This document shows, in pieces, positions 30,699-40,439 of a DNA stretch of 64,000 bases. The DNA is from Candidatus Poribacteria bacterium (GTDB lineage: Bacteria; Poribacteria; WGA-4E; WGA-3G). A model generated the notes under the pieces. It did not search any database, was not told where the DNA came from, and saw only the letters and a program-made list of their open reading frames with translations. Numbering within the stretch: position 1 is the first letter of the stretch; the number at the start of each line of letters is the position of its first letter. Location: the NCBI GenBank assembly GCA_963663765.2, contig CAXXUA010000013.1, positions 224,001-288,000 on the forward strand, in the 5' to 3' direction. Made by a program: the position numbers and the translations under genes.

Positions 30699-30798
30699 TT
30701 CTACATTTTAGTAGTTTGTATAGTTGGTTGACTTTTTTACAAAAACACTCTTATTTATTTCCCAGTTCTTTTAATACACTCTTATTGCCTATATTAGC

Positions 30799-31995
30799 TC
30801 AGCTTGATTTCAGTGAAGTTCTACTGGCACTACGTGATATGTTCAACAGTATTCCAACACTTACTAAACTAATTACAAGAGAAGAACCTCCATAGCTTAA
30901 AAATGGAAGTGTTATACCCTTTGTTGGAAGTAGTCCTGTTACAACACCGATATTTATAAACGCTTGCAATCCCAGAATAATGGTTAGACCTGTAGCAAAT
31001 AACCCACCAAAACGATTCTCAGTACGTCTTGCAATTGAAATTCCACGCCATATAAATATCATAAAGAGAATTATTACCACAGTCGCCCAAAAAAATCCTA
31101 ATTCTTCTCCCAAAATTGAAAAAATAAAATCTGTATGGGGATAGGGTAGATAGTTGATTTTAGCTGCACTGTCATCAAGTCCAACACCAAAAAACCCTCC
31201 CCATCTTAACGCATTCAATGAACGACCTAACTGATAACTCGCGGCATCAGGCGATAGCATAGTCGCCCAATAGTCTGTTAAACGCTTCAAACGGTAAGGA
31301 TTGCTAATGATGAACCCTGTTAGCACTGCACTTCCACTTCCAACTAACAAGAATGTATGAGAAAGACGAATTCCGCCGATGAAAAGTAGACTTCCAGCAG
31401 TTGCAGCTAAAAGTACTGCAGAACCAAAATCAGGTTGTTTTGCCACTAACCCAAACATAATTCCTATAATCAATACATTGGGGAGGACTCCATTAAAAAG
31501 GTTCTTTATACGTTCTGGATTACGGGCTAAGAAATGGGCAGTATGTATAATTAATGCTATTTTAGCAAACTCTACAGGTTGGAATCGGATACCTTTGAAA
31601 TAAATCCAACGTCTAAAACTACCTCCTTCCGCACCTTGAACGCTACTGCCGATCGGAGAAAATACAAGTGCAAGTAACACAAATGCAAGGAAAAGCAATT
31701 TATTGCTATGCTTCTCATAAAACCAATACGGAATGTAGGAAGCTACACCCATCCCTACTAATCCTATCAAACAGGCAACAACTTGTATCTTTAAATAGTG
31801 GTAATTGTTGTCATACTGCTTCGCAGAGAGGACATGTCCTGAACTATATACCATCACAATACCAAAACCGACCAAGATTAGAGTCACAACAAGTAAACCT
31901 GTATCTACTCTACCGAGATTCCTAATCTGCGGACGAGTTCTTTCAACTGGAATAACTGATTGATTGTCAAAACTGACTGTATTTTGATTTTGCAT
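30799..31995 (-). CDS. ftsW: SEDS peptidoglycan polymerase FtsW
   Basis: RRWI, FQPVEFAK, QPDFG, YLP.PHTDFIF..LGEELG, LPTKGITLPFLSYGGSS. Confidence 0.95.
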   Translation of the reverse strand: MQNQNTVSFDNQSVIPVERTRPQIRNLGRVDTGLLVVTLILVGFGIVMVYSSGHVLSAKQYDNNYHYLKIQVVACLIGLVGMGVASYIPYWFYEKHSNKLLFLAFVLLALVFSPIGSSVQGAEGGSFRRWIYFKGIRFQPVEFAKIALIIHTAHFLARNPERIKNLFNGVLPNVLIIGIMFGLVAKQPDFGSAVLLAATAGSLLFIGGIRLSHTFLLVGSGSAVLTGFIISNPYRLKRLTDYWATMLSPDAASYQLGRSLNALRWGGFFGVGLDDSAAKINYLPYPHTDFIFSILGEELGFFWATVVIILFMIFIWRGISIARRTENRFGGLFATGLTIILGLQAFINIGVVTGLLPTKGITLPFLSYGGSSLVISLVSVGILLNISRSASRTSLKSS

Positions 31996-32047
31996 TGATA
32001 CTTGATATCTCTTTCAGTAAAAAAGATTTTCTTATTTTTCTTATGGA

Positions 32048-33517
32048 CTACAGTGCGTTCACTATTTTGTTAAAAACTTCGCCGCGTTCTTTGTAATCAT
32101 TGAACATATCAAAACTAGCGTTTGCCGGAGATAGGAGTACAACATCACCTTGTATTGAATGCTCATAAGAATATTCAATTGCTTCATTCATTGTTGAAGC
32201 ATGATACATCTCAACATGACCAGCAAAAACCATTTCAATGTTTTTTGTGTGTTTTCCAAGCAATACCAAACATTTTACTTTGCTGCAAACTAATTCAATT
32301 AAAAGTGTATAGTCGTTGCCTTTATCATACCCTCCAATGATTAGAATGACACGTTTTTCGCTACCATCAGAATTTGTTGTAATCGCAACGGATTCAAGAG
32401 CAGCGCATGTTGATATGACGTTCGTTGCTTTTGAATCGTTTATGTAATCTACTCCATTGATAACGCGGACCTTCTCGTAAGCATGTTCAAGTGCAGGATG
32501 CGACCGTTTAAAACCACGAATAGCAGCTTGTATGCTTCTTGGTTTTACATTAAAAATGTTGCCAATAACAACTGCAGCAAGAAGATTTCTGATATTATGT
32601 GTTCCTGCTAACGGTGCATCAGCAATATTGCAAATCCTGTTTTCACTATTATTTTTTAGATTATAAATACCAATGTTATTTTCTGAATCTTTCTTTAGGT
32701 ATGTCACTGTATCGCTGCCTAAGGACTTACACAATGTCTTACTCTCAGTGTGTGCTTCAAGTGGAATATCCGTGAAATATGCTTTTTTTGCGTGAGTACA
32801 ATCAGAAAGACTCCTAACTTTCTTATCGTTTGCATTCAGTACTAACCAATCTGTGTTCTTCTGGTTTAGACAGATCTTCTGTTTCGCTTTGAAGTAAGAC
32901 TCCATCGTCTTGTGTCGATCCAGGTGATCGCGTGAAAAATTCAGTACGACACTAACATAGGGTTTAAAACTAATGGTACTCTCCAATTGGAAACTACTTG
33001 TTTCAACAACTGCAACATCCTTACTGGTTAATATCTCAACTTTACTGGCTAATGGGACACCAATATTTCCCGCTACGACAACATTAGAAGTGTTAGCATG
33101 TTCTCTTAGAATTGCAGCAGTTAATAATGTAGTTGTGGATTTACCTTTAGTGCCAGTTATAGCTACGATACGTGATTGACAAAGACTTGCCGAAACTTCC
33201 AATTCGCCTATAATCGGTATACCTATCTTCTTAGCAGTAACCAAAATAGGTATATCCAAGGGGACTCCTGGAGATACAACAATTAATTCAGCATCAGCAA
33301 TACAAGAACTTTCATGGGCTCCAAGGAATAATTGGATTGGGATACCGTCCAATTGGACTAATTCTTCTGATAATGAATCTGCATCACGACTATCGGTAAG
33401 GGTGATATGTGCGCCCTGTCCATATAATAACGTAGCAATTGCTATGCCACTACGATTAGCACCGAATATGGTTACCTGTTTACCTTTTAGATTGTCCAAG
33501 TTCGGTTTTTTTAACAT
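32048..33517 (-). CDS. murD: UDP-MurNAc-L-Ala-D-Glu ligase
   Basis: SPGVP, GTKGKSTT, GNIG.P, ETSSFQLE, DHLDRH, NDSKATN, LLSPA.ASFD.F..YKERG. Confidence 0.94.
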   Translation of the reverse strand: MLKKPNLDNLKGKQVTIFGANRSGIAIATLLYGQGAHITLTDSRDADSLSEELVQLDGIPIQLFLGAHESSCIADAELIVVSPGVPLDIPILVTAKKIGIPIIGELEVSASLCQSRIVAITGTKGKSTTTLLTAAILREHANTSNVVVAGNIGVPLASKVEILTSKDVAVVETSSFQLESTISFKPYVSVVLNFSRDHLDRHKTMESYFKAKQKICLNQKNTDWLVLNANDKKVRSLSDCTHAKKAYFTDIPLEAHTESKTLCKSLGSDTVTYLKKDSENNIGIYNLKNNSENRICNIADAPLAGTHNIRNLLAAVVIGNIFNVKPRSIQAAIRGFKRSHPALEHAYEKVRVINGVDYINDSKATNVISTCAALESVAITTNSDGSEKRVILIIGGYDKGNDYTLLIELVCSKVKCLVLLGKHTKNIEMVFAGHVEMYHASTMNEAIEYSYEHSIQGDVVLLSPANASFDMFNDYKERGEVFNKIVNAL

Positions 33518-33566
33518 ACACTCTGTTTGTTTGTAGTGGAAAGCATCTGATATTTACGTAAAAATG

Positions 33567-34685
33567 TTATCCTAATCTTAACGTACTCAACGCCAAGAGC
33601 ATTAAGATAAGTGCTACAATCCAAAAACGTATGACTACTTTCGATTCCTTCCATCCCGATAAAAGAAAATGAAAATGAAGAGGTGACATCTTGATTACAC
33701 GTTTTCCAAAGGTTCTATATGAGATAACTTGTGTAATGACTGATAAAGCTTCTGCTACAAAAATACCACCAACTATGATTAAAAGAAGTTCCTGCTTGAT
33801 GAGTAAAGCACATGTTCCAAGGGTTGCTCCAAGTGGTAATGAACCGGTATCACCCATGAACAGTTGAGCAGGATGCCCATTATACCAAAGAAAACCTAAA
33901 CCTGCTCCAGCCAATGATGCACAAAATATAGCAGTAACTTCTCCTCCAACAGGTAGGTGAGATAGGTTCAAATGTTCTGCAATTAGATCATGACTTGTCA
34001 TATACCCTAACGCTCCTATAGTCCCAGCAACGAAAAGAGTACATCCAATTGCTAATCCATCCATACCGTCTGTAAGATTCACGGCATTGGAAGTACCAAC
34101 GATAACTAAGGTAGCAAATGGTATAAAGAAAATTCCTAAAGTAGGTTGTAATGACTTAAAGAATGGTATATTTAGTACAGTACGACTTGTGGAATCATCA
34201 CCTTCTACAGGTCCCCATTGATAGAGATAAAACGCAATAGCTAAAGCACCAATTGTTTGGAGTAAGAATTTCTGCCAACCACGAAGTCCGAGTGATTGAT
34301 TTCTGCTAATTTTGCATATATCATCCAAAAATCCAAGACCTCCAAACCACAGTATCGTGAAAATCATGAGATAAATAAAGTGTTGATCTAATCTCGCCCA
34401 AAAGACTACCGAAATCAATACTGCAACAATGATCAGGATACCACCCATAGTTGGAGTACCTGCTTTAGTTTGGTCTTCACTGTGCCGTTGTGCTTTCTCT
34501 ACCTCCTCTTGAATATGTTCACCTATACGCAGCTGTTTCAACTTTCTTATCATAAACGGACCCAATACAAGTGATATAACAAGAGCTGTTGCAGTTGAAT
34601 ATACAGCGCGGAAAGTAATTGCCTTGAAAACGTCAAATGGTTGAAAATAGTTGCCAAGGTATTCATATAAAAGATGATAGAACAT
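33567..34685 (-). CDS. mraY: Phospho-N-acetylmuramoyl-pentapeptide transferase
   Basis: K.GTPTMGG, GFLDD..K, NAVNLTDGMDGL, PAQLFMGDTGSL. Confidence 0.95.
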   Translation of the reverse strand: MFYHLLYEYLGNYFQPFDVFKAITFRAVYSTATALVISLVLGPFMIRKLKQLRIGEHIQEEVEKAQRHSEDQTKAGTPTMGGILIIVAVLISVVFWARLDQHFIYLMIFTILWFGGLGFLDDICKISRNQSLGLRGWQKFLLQTIGALAIAFYLYQWGPVEGDDSTSRTVLNIPFFKSLQPTLGIFFIPFATLVIVGTSNAVNLTDGMDGLAIGCTLFVAGTIGALGYMTSHDLIAEHLNLSHLPVGGEVTAIFCASLAGAGLGFLWYNGHPAQLFMGDTGSLPLGATLGTCALLIKQELLLIIVGGIFVAEALSVITQVISYRTFGKRVIKMSPLHFHFLLSGWKESKVVIRFWIVALILMLLALSTLRLG

Positions 34686-34951
34686 TAGAATGACTTCTCT
34701 ACTATTTAAAGCGGAAAGTAAATATGTGACAAACTATCTTACAAAATATTTAGGTTATACCTTATTGAAACGTCTGGTTCTTTTTTCATAAAAACTAAAC
34801 TTGCTGCAGCGTTGATACCAGATAAGCTGACTGTTGTCAGTGGGAACTTGGATTCCAGACTACTTTCAAACACATAATTGGAAAGTTGACCATGACATAG
34901 ATACATACAATATTACCAAAAAATAAAATACAAAACTAAAATTCCACAGGT

Positions 34952-36172
34952 TTATTCAGTTTGTAAGTCGGTCTTCAGTTTAGAGAAACTCGTCCCTGCT
35001 TGACTTAACAAATTCGTTGAATAGGAATAGATTAACCGATTTTTTTCTTGATGTGTTTCTTTTGCAAGTACAACCAATTTTGAAACTAATTCTGGAAATG
35101 TCTTACCCGCCGGTTCCCATAAATAAAAACTTAATGATCCAGGGATTGTGTTAATTTCGTTAATAAATACTTCTTCTTCTTCACTTACCAAGAAGTCCAA
35201 TCGGGCAATTCCTGCACAGTCAAGCACTTGAAAAGCTAAAGTCGCAAGGTCTTGAATATGTAACGTCAATTCATCAGATATTGGTGCAGGAATTTTCCGT
35301 TGTGCTCCTGCCATCCCATTTGCAACTTCTGTACTTAACGTGTCATCTGCTTCGGCTTCAGATTCTGTATCTGTGTGGATATACTTGTCGTCAAAACTAA
35401 GAAAATCAGTGCTTGCAATCGGTTGTTCACATACTGATGCAGAAGGAGGATTTGTTCCCAACACCGAGCAATTGATCTCATAACCGTTTTCAACACCTTG
35501 TTCTACTATGATACGACGACAATACCTACATGCAAGTTCAATGGCATCCTTCAACGTATCAACATCTTTAACTTGACTTACACCAATACTTGACCCGCTA
35601 ATCGCAGGTTTTACATACATAGGAAATGAAATCTCTTCTTCAATAACTTTGAGTATATCCTCACTCACAGTATCCCAATCATTTTTTGTAAAAGGCACAT
35701 AAGGCACGATTGGAAGACCATTCTCATTAAGTATTGCTTTCATCATTGTTTTATCCATACCTACGCCCGAACCTATGACGCCTGCTCCAACATAAGGCAC
35801 ATTCATCATTTCAAGAAGTCCCTGAAGCGTACCATCTTCACCGTGGACACCGTGAATCGTAGGAAAGACAACATCAATTGACAGTTCCTTTTTTTTTGCA
35901 AACAAACTTGTGCGTCTTGGTAATACACAAAATCTTGCTTGCGTTTCAAATTCAATGGACACCTTGTCAAAGTCTACAGCCTGAGGTAAGTTTCCTTCAG
36001 TAAAAGTTTTCAACTCCGATAGAGTCTCTCCAGTCAACCAAGCACCATCCTTAGTAATATATATTGGCGTGACTTCATGACTTTCATCTAATGCTGCATT
36101 GACCTGATGTGCAGTGATAATAGATACTTCATGTTCAGGAGATCGACCTCCAAAAATAAGTGCTACGTTCAT
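34952..36172 (-). CDS. ddl: D-Ala-D-Ala ligase family ATP-grasp protein (atypical subfamily)
   Basis: FGGRSPEHEVS, HG.HGEDGTLQG, MDK, VKPA..GSSIG, ARLDF, NEINTIPG; followed by SLSFYLW instead of the canonical FT..S.YP. Confidence 0.88.
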   Translation of the reverse strand: MNVALIFGGRSPEHEVSIITAHQVNAALDESHEVTPIYITKDGAWLTGETLSELKTFTEGNLPQAVDFDKVSIEFETQARFCVLPRRTSLFAKKKELSIDVVFPTIHGVHGEDGTLQGLLEMMNVPYVGAGVIGSGVGMDKTMMKAILNENGLPIVPYVPFTKNDWDTVSEDILKVIEEEISFPMYVKPAISGSSIGVSQVKDVDTLKDAIELACRYCRRIIVEQGVENGYEINCSVLGTNPPSASVCEQPIASTDFLSFDDKYIHTDTESEAEADDTLSTEVANGMAGAQRKIPAPISDELTLHIQDLATLAFQVLDCAGIARLDFLVSEEEEVFINEINTIPGSLSFYLWEPAGKTFPELVSKLVVLAKETHQEKNRLIYSYSTNLLSQAGTSFSKLKTDLQTE

Positions 36173-36217
36173 TTTTTTATCCTTTATAGCAAGATATAAT
36201 TGCGAATAATATATCTC

Positions 36218-37849
36218 TTAAACTGTTTCATCATAATTGTCTGGTAGGTCATTCTCAAAAAGAACTACATCTCCCGGTTTCAATCTTTTTTCAAGGTGTT
36301 GTTGTGCTTCTTTTAAGTTTGCAACAACTAAAATTTGTTGCTCTGGATAGTTATCATCTTTTAGTCCAGCTTTAATGGGGACAGTCCTTGTTGGACCAAC
36401 AAGAATTACAAGGTCACATACCTTAGCTGCTTCAGAACCAAAACGCTTATTCTCTTCATATTCAAGTTCACCCAGTTCTACCATCCCTGGAGTAACCAAC
36501 ACCTTTTTTCCATTTTTTTCACTTACAAAATCTGAAAGCACTTCAAGTGCTGCTTTTGCGCCTTCTGGATTAGAATTGAAACTGTCGTCGATTACGGTTA
36601 CACCAGCACCACCAGCGATCAACTGCAAACGGTGTGGAACAGGTTCTAAACGTAGAAGAGCATCTTGAATTTCTTTCAATGACATACCACAATTGAGTGA
36701 AACTGTCATTGCTGCAAGGATATTTGAAACGTTATGTTTTCCAAGAAGACGGGTTGTTATTTCTACGGAACGCTCCTTTTCATCCTCTACTGTAAATGTT
36801 AATCCTTTCTCACTCTGTTTGATGTTACTGGTTTTCAAACTTATTGTTGAATTTCCATTCATGTTATATTCTAAACCATAACGGATTACAGGAACACGAT
36901 CAGTTTTATTAGCCAAACCTGCACATATTTCATTATCTACATTGATTACCGCAAGTCCATCTGTTGGTAAGGCTTCAATCAGCTCATATTTTGCACGTGC
37001 TGTATTTTCAAGACTCTTGAATCGTTCTAAATGCTGTGGTCCAACAGCAGTGAGAATGCCAATTTCTGGAGGTGCGAGACGACACAATTCTCTAATATCA
37101 CCACGCTTATAAGCTCCCATTTCAACAATAAAGTATTCATGAGTTGGCAACAAATCTCCTCTGATTACCTTACATATCCCCATCGGTGTATTGTAACTGT
37201 CCGGTGTCATCAATGTGATATATTTCTGTGACAAAATCTGATGAAGAATATATTTAGTACTTGTCTTTCCGTAGCTTCCAGTTATTCCAATGATTTTCGG
37301 TTGTAGTTTTCTTATACGTTTTCTCGCATCGCGTAAATATGCATTATTTATCATTTGTTCTAAAGGCCAAATCAGATAACTACTTACTACAAGAATGGGA
37401 ACAGTCAGTTCGCTGAAAAGAAAAATACCTATTCGCCAACGGTTTTCTGTCACAAAAACTGCAAGCAAAGTCGCAACAACAACCTGTAACAAAAGTGCTA
37501 ATGTGTAAAGACGTTTTGCACGCGATGTGAATACGAGGGGTTTTTTTACTGTGGTCTTTTTACGCCATATAACTCTATAGGTTTGCAATGTTGACCAAAT
37601 AAGACATAAAGTTACAAAAAGCCAATCGGTTAAGATTTTAGGGAAAATCATCACAACCGAAAGCAATATTACAACACTTAGAATCTCTAAGGTTTCAAAG
37701 CAATGTCTTATATGTGTTGTGCTCCATTTCAGGTATCGACCCGGTTTATACCCATCAAGTTGTAATATATGTAATCCACCAGTCGTCCTGATGACAGTCC
37801 TTATAAGACATAAAACAATGAGTATATAAAAAAATATATTGCTAACCAT
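36218..37849 (-). CDS. murF: MurF-like Mur ligase with an N-terminal multi-pass membrane domain
   Basis: About 170-aa hydrophobic N-terminus (LHILQLDGY..RY..W; KKPLVFTSRAKRL), then GITGSYGKTSTK, SYNTPMG, EMGA, HLERF, DDSFNSNP, GMVELG, FENDLPD. Confidence 0.85.
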   Translation of the reverse strand: MVSNIFFYILIVLCLIRTVIRTTGGLHILQLDGYKPGRYLKWSTTHIRHCFETLEILSVVILLSVVMIFPKILTDWLFVTLCLIWSTLQTYRVIWRKKTTVKKPLVFTSRAKRLYTLALLLQVVVATLLAVFVTENRWRIGIFLFSELTVPILVVSSYLIWPLEQMINNAYLRDARKRIRKLQPKIIGITGSYGKTSTKYILHQILSQKYITLMTPDSYNTPMGICKVIRGDLLPTHEYFIVEMGAYKRGDIRELCRLAPPEIGILTAVGPQHLERFKSLENTARAKYELIEALPTDGLAVINVDNEICAGLANKTDRVPVIRYGLEYNMNGNSTISLKTSNIKQSEKGLTFTVEDEKERSVEITTRLLGKHNVSNILAAMTVSLNCGMSLKEIQDALLRLEPVPHRLQLIAGGAGVTVIDDSFNSNPEGAKAALEVLSDFVSEKNGKKVLVTPGMVELGELEYEENKRFGSEAAKVCDLVILVGPTRTVPIKAGLKDDNYPEQQILVVANLKEAQQHLEKRLKPGDVVLFENDLPDNYDETV

Positions 37850-38108
37850 TTTTTTCAGAAAGTGCTTTTGTAAAACTATTGTTGTACCAATTCTGGGTTT
37901 TTGACTTTATAAAATATTCTTATGTAGACTAGAACAGATAAAACTGAATAATCACTAATTACGTTTCTAAATTTCTGAAATTAGATAACAAAAACGCAAT
38001 GAATTATGGTGCTACAAGAAACATCAGTAGCAACATAATTTATTGCGCGCCATGTTCAGTATATATATCAACAATAAACCAAATGCATCAATGAATACAA
38101 AGGATCGT

Positions 38109-38855
38109 TTATGCTAAAAAGTCTTCCACAATTTGACAAAATTGTGGAAATTGATCCAAATACGAGAAATGTCCCGCATCCTTTAGAACGACTAAAGCAG
38201 CATCAGAGATTTCCTCTTCCATGATTTTACCGTAAGATACTGGCGTGTCTTTATCGTTTTCTCCCCAAATTAATAACGTCGATGCTTGGATCTTGGGTAA
38301 ATATGGTCGTAAATCTTGGTTTACCGATTTCACCATAGTAGGTCGCATCGGTCCTGCTTCACGATAGTCTTTTGAACCTGCATGTCTTGAGATATTATCT
38401 GCTAATCTGTGTCCAACCGGACCCAAACGACGTAACAAGCGACCAAACTTTGCAAGACAGACCCGTATGTAGTATTTTGCTGAACGCGGAGGAATAATTC
38501 CTGCACTATCTACTAAAATCAACTTATCTACTTTTTCTGGTTCCGATGCTGCGATCACAATAGAGATTCTACCCCCGTAGGAATGTCCAATTAGATGGGC
38601 TTTGTTAATACCATGTTTTTTGAAAAATGAAGAAAGGAGGTTTGAATAATCACCAGCATCCCATGCTTTCGGTGGAATCTCACTCAATCCAAATCCAGGC
38701 AGATCTAAAACATATACTTGATAAGTATTTGATAACCTATCAAATACAGGTTTAAAACTGTTCGCTTCACCACCCCATCCATGTAGTAACACCACGGGAG
38801 TGCCGCTCCCTTTTACTTGATAGGCAACTTTTAAATCATCAATCTCTGTAAACAT
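38109..38855 (-). CDS. Alpha/beta-fold hydrolase
   Basis: HGWG oxyanion loop, DLPGFG, GHSYGG nucleophile, GENDKDTP (Asp), AGHF (His). Confidence 0.9.
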   Translation of the reverse strand: MFTEIDDLKVAYQVKGSGTPVVLLHGWGGEANSFKPVFDRLSNTYQVYVLDLPGFGLSEIPPKAWDAGDYSNLLSSFFKKHGINKAHLIGHSYGGRISIVIAASEPEKVDKLILVDSAGIIPPRSAKYYIRVCLAKFGRLLRRLGPVGHRLADNISRHAGSKDYREAGPMRPTMVKSVNQDLRPYLPKIQASTLLIWGENDKDTPVSYGKIMEEEISDAALVVLKDAGHFSYLDQFPQFCQIVEDFLA

Positions 38856-38876
38856 TTGAATATTTGTCTTATTCTA

Positions 38877-40439
38877 TCATATTGATGTTTGCATTGAATG
38901 TATTGGCTTCTGCGTCAATATTTCCATAGCAACTTCTCTATCATCAAAGGGGTATCTTTTTCCATGTATTTCCTGATAATTTTCATGTCCTTTTCCAGCA
39001 ATTACTACAACATCACCCGAATTTGCATCCATAATTGCCTTACGAATTGCCTCACGTCTCTCAGAAATACACATATATGCTGCATCATGTGGCAAATTTG
39101 ACACAATCTCTGATATGATTTCATCAGGATTTTCAGTTCGGGGATTATCCGATGTAATCACACTAATATCAGCAAGTTGCGTTGAAATTGAACCCATTTT
39201 CGGACGTTTCCCCCGATCACGGTCACCCCCACAACCAAACACAGAAATTAACTTCCCTTCAGTGATACCACGAGCTGCTGTTAAGACATTTTCCAAACCA
39301 TCAGGTGTATGTGCATAATCAACAATAACTGCAAAATCTTTGTTGTGAGTTCCATTCAAGTCTATACATTCAAAGCGACCTGGAACGACTGTCTTTGCAA
39401 GACCTTCTCTAATTGCCTTAGCACTACAGTTATATCGTATACCAACACCCATCGCAGCAAGTGCATTGCAAATATTATACTCACCAAGTAATCCCAATTC
39501 TGCTTGTATCTCTCTGTTGGTTATACCTGAAACATTAACATGGTTTTGTTCATTCAAAACCGCGGTGAATGCTAACTTTCTTAATGACAATTCAACATTC
39601 TTTGCAATTAAATCTGCTTTATTTTCAATGCCGTAAGTTAGAATATTCGCGTCAGAAATATGTTGTTTTATTTGTCCTGTTGCAGAAGAATCAGCATTTA
39701 ATATGGCTAATCCACCTTGACATAACTGCTCAAACAACATCAATTTTGCAGCAAGATATTTTTCCATTGTACTGTGATAATCAAGATGATCTTGTGTTAA
39801 GTTCGTAAACACCCCTGTGTCAAATGTAAGTCCAGCTAATCGATGTTGTGCAAGACCTTGAGATGAGGTTTCCATAACAACATGTTCTATTCCAGAATCG
39901 GCTATCTGTTTTAGAATAGCATGCAGTTGGAATGCGTCGGGTGTAGTCAATAGTGCAGGTAACTCTAATGGGGAAGGTTGGTTGTCGTTTGAACTCTTAT
40001 TGTCTATGTCAATCGTATGACCAACTGTACCTAATACAGCGGCTTTTAAACCGTATGCTTTCAAAATTCCATAGCACAAATGTGCTGTGGAAGTCTTACC
40101 ATTCGTTCCAGTTATACCTATTAACTTTAGGCTTTTCGCTGGATTGCTATACCAATTGGCTGCACAAAGAGCTTGTGCTATGCGACCGTTAGGAGTGACT
40201 ACATTTGTCACATCATTTGGTAGGTACTGTATGTTTTTCTCAGATATAATTACTCTCGCACCGTTTCTTATTGCACCCTCAATAAAACTATGTCCATCAA
40301 CATTCAAACCTTGGTAACAGATGAACGCAAATCCATGTTCAATTTTGCGGTGATCACTGACAACTCCGACAATTTCTGGATTACGATTCCCTGTGACCTC
40401 TCTAACTTCTATTCCTTCAAGAAGTTTATTGAGTTTCAT
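38877..40439 (-). CDS. murE: UDP-MurNAc-L-Ala-D-Glu-meso-DAP ligase
   Basis: GTNGKTS, LTTPD, METSS, FTNLTQDHLDYH, VDYAHTPD, FGCGGDRD, DNPR (meso-DAP-type motif), AGKGHE. Confidence 0.96.
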   Translation of the reverse strand: MKLNKLLEGIEVREVTGNRNPEIVGVVSDHRKIEHGFAFICYQGLNVDGHSFIEGAIRNGARVIISEKNIQYLPNDVTNVVTPNGRIAQALCAANWYSNPAKSLKLIGITGTNGKTSTAHLCYGILKAYGLKAAVLGTVGHTIDIDNKSSNDNQPSPLELPALLTTPDAFQLHAILKQIADSGIEHVVMETSSQGLAQHRLAGLTFDTGVFTNLTQDHLDYHSTMEKYLAAKLMLFEQLCQGGLAILNADSSATGQIKQHISDANILTYGIENKADLIAKNVELSLRKLAFTAVLNEQNHVNVSGITNREIQAELGLLGEYNICNALAAMGVGIRYNCSAKAIREGLAKTVVPGRFECIDLNGTHNKDFAVIVDYAHTPDGLENVLTAARGITEGKLISVFGCGGDRDRGKRPKMGSISTQLADISVITSDNPRTENPDEIISEIVSNLPHDAAYMCISERREAIRKAIMDANSGDVVVIAGKGHENYQEIHGKRYPFDDREVAMEILTQKPIHSMQTSI

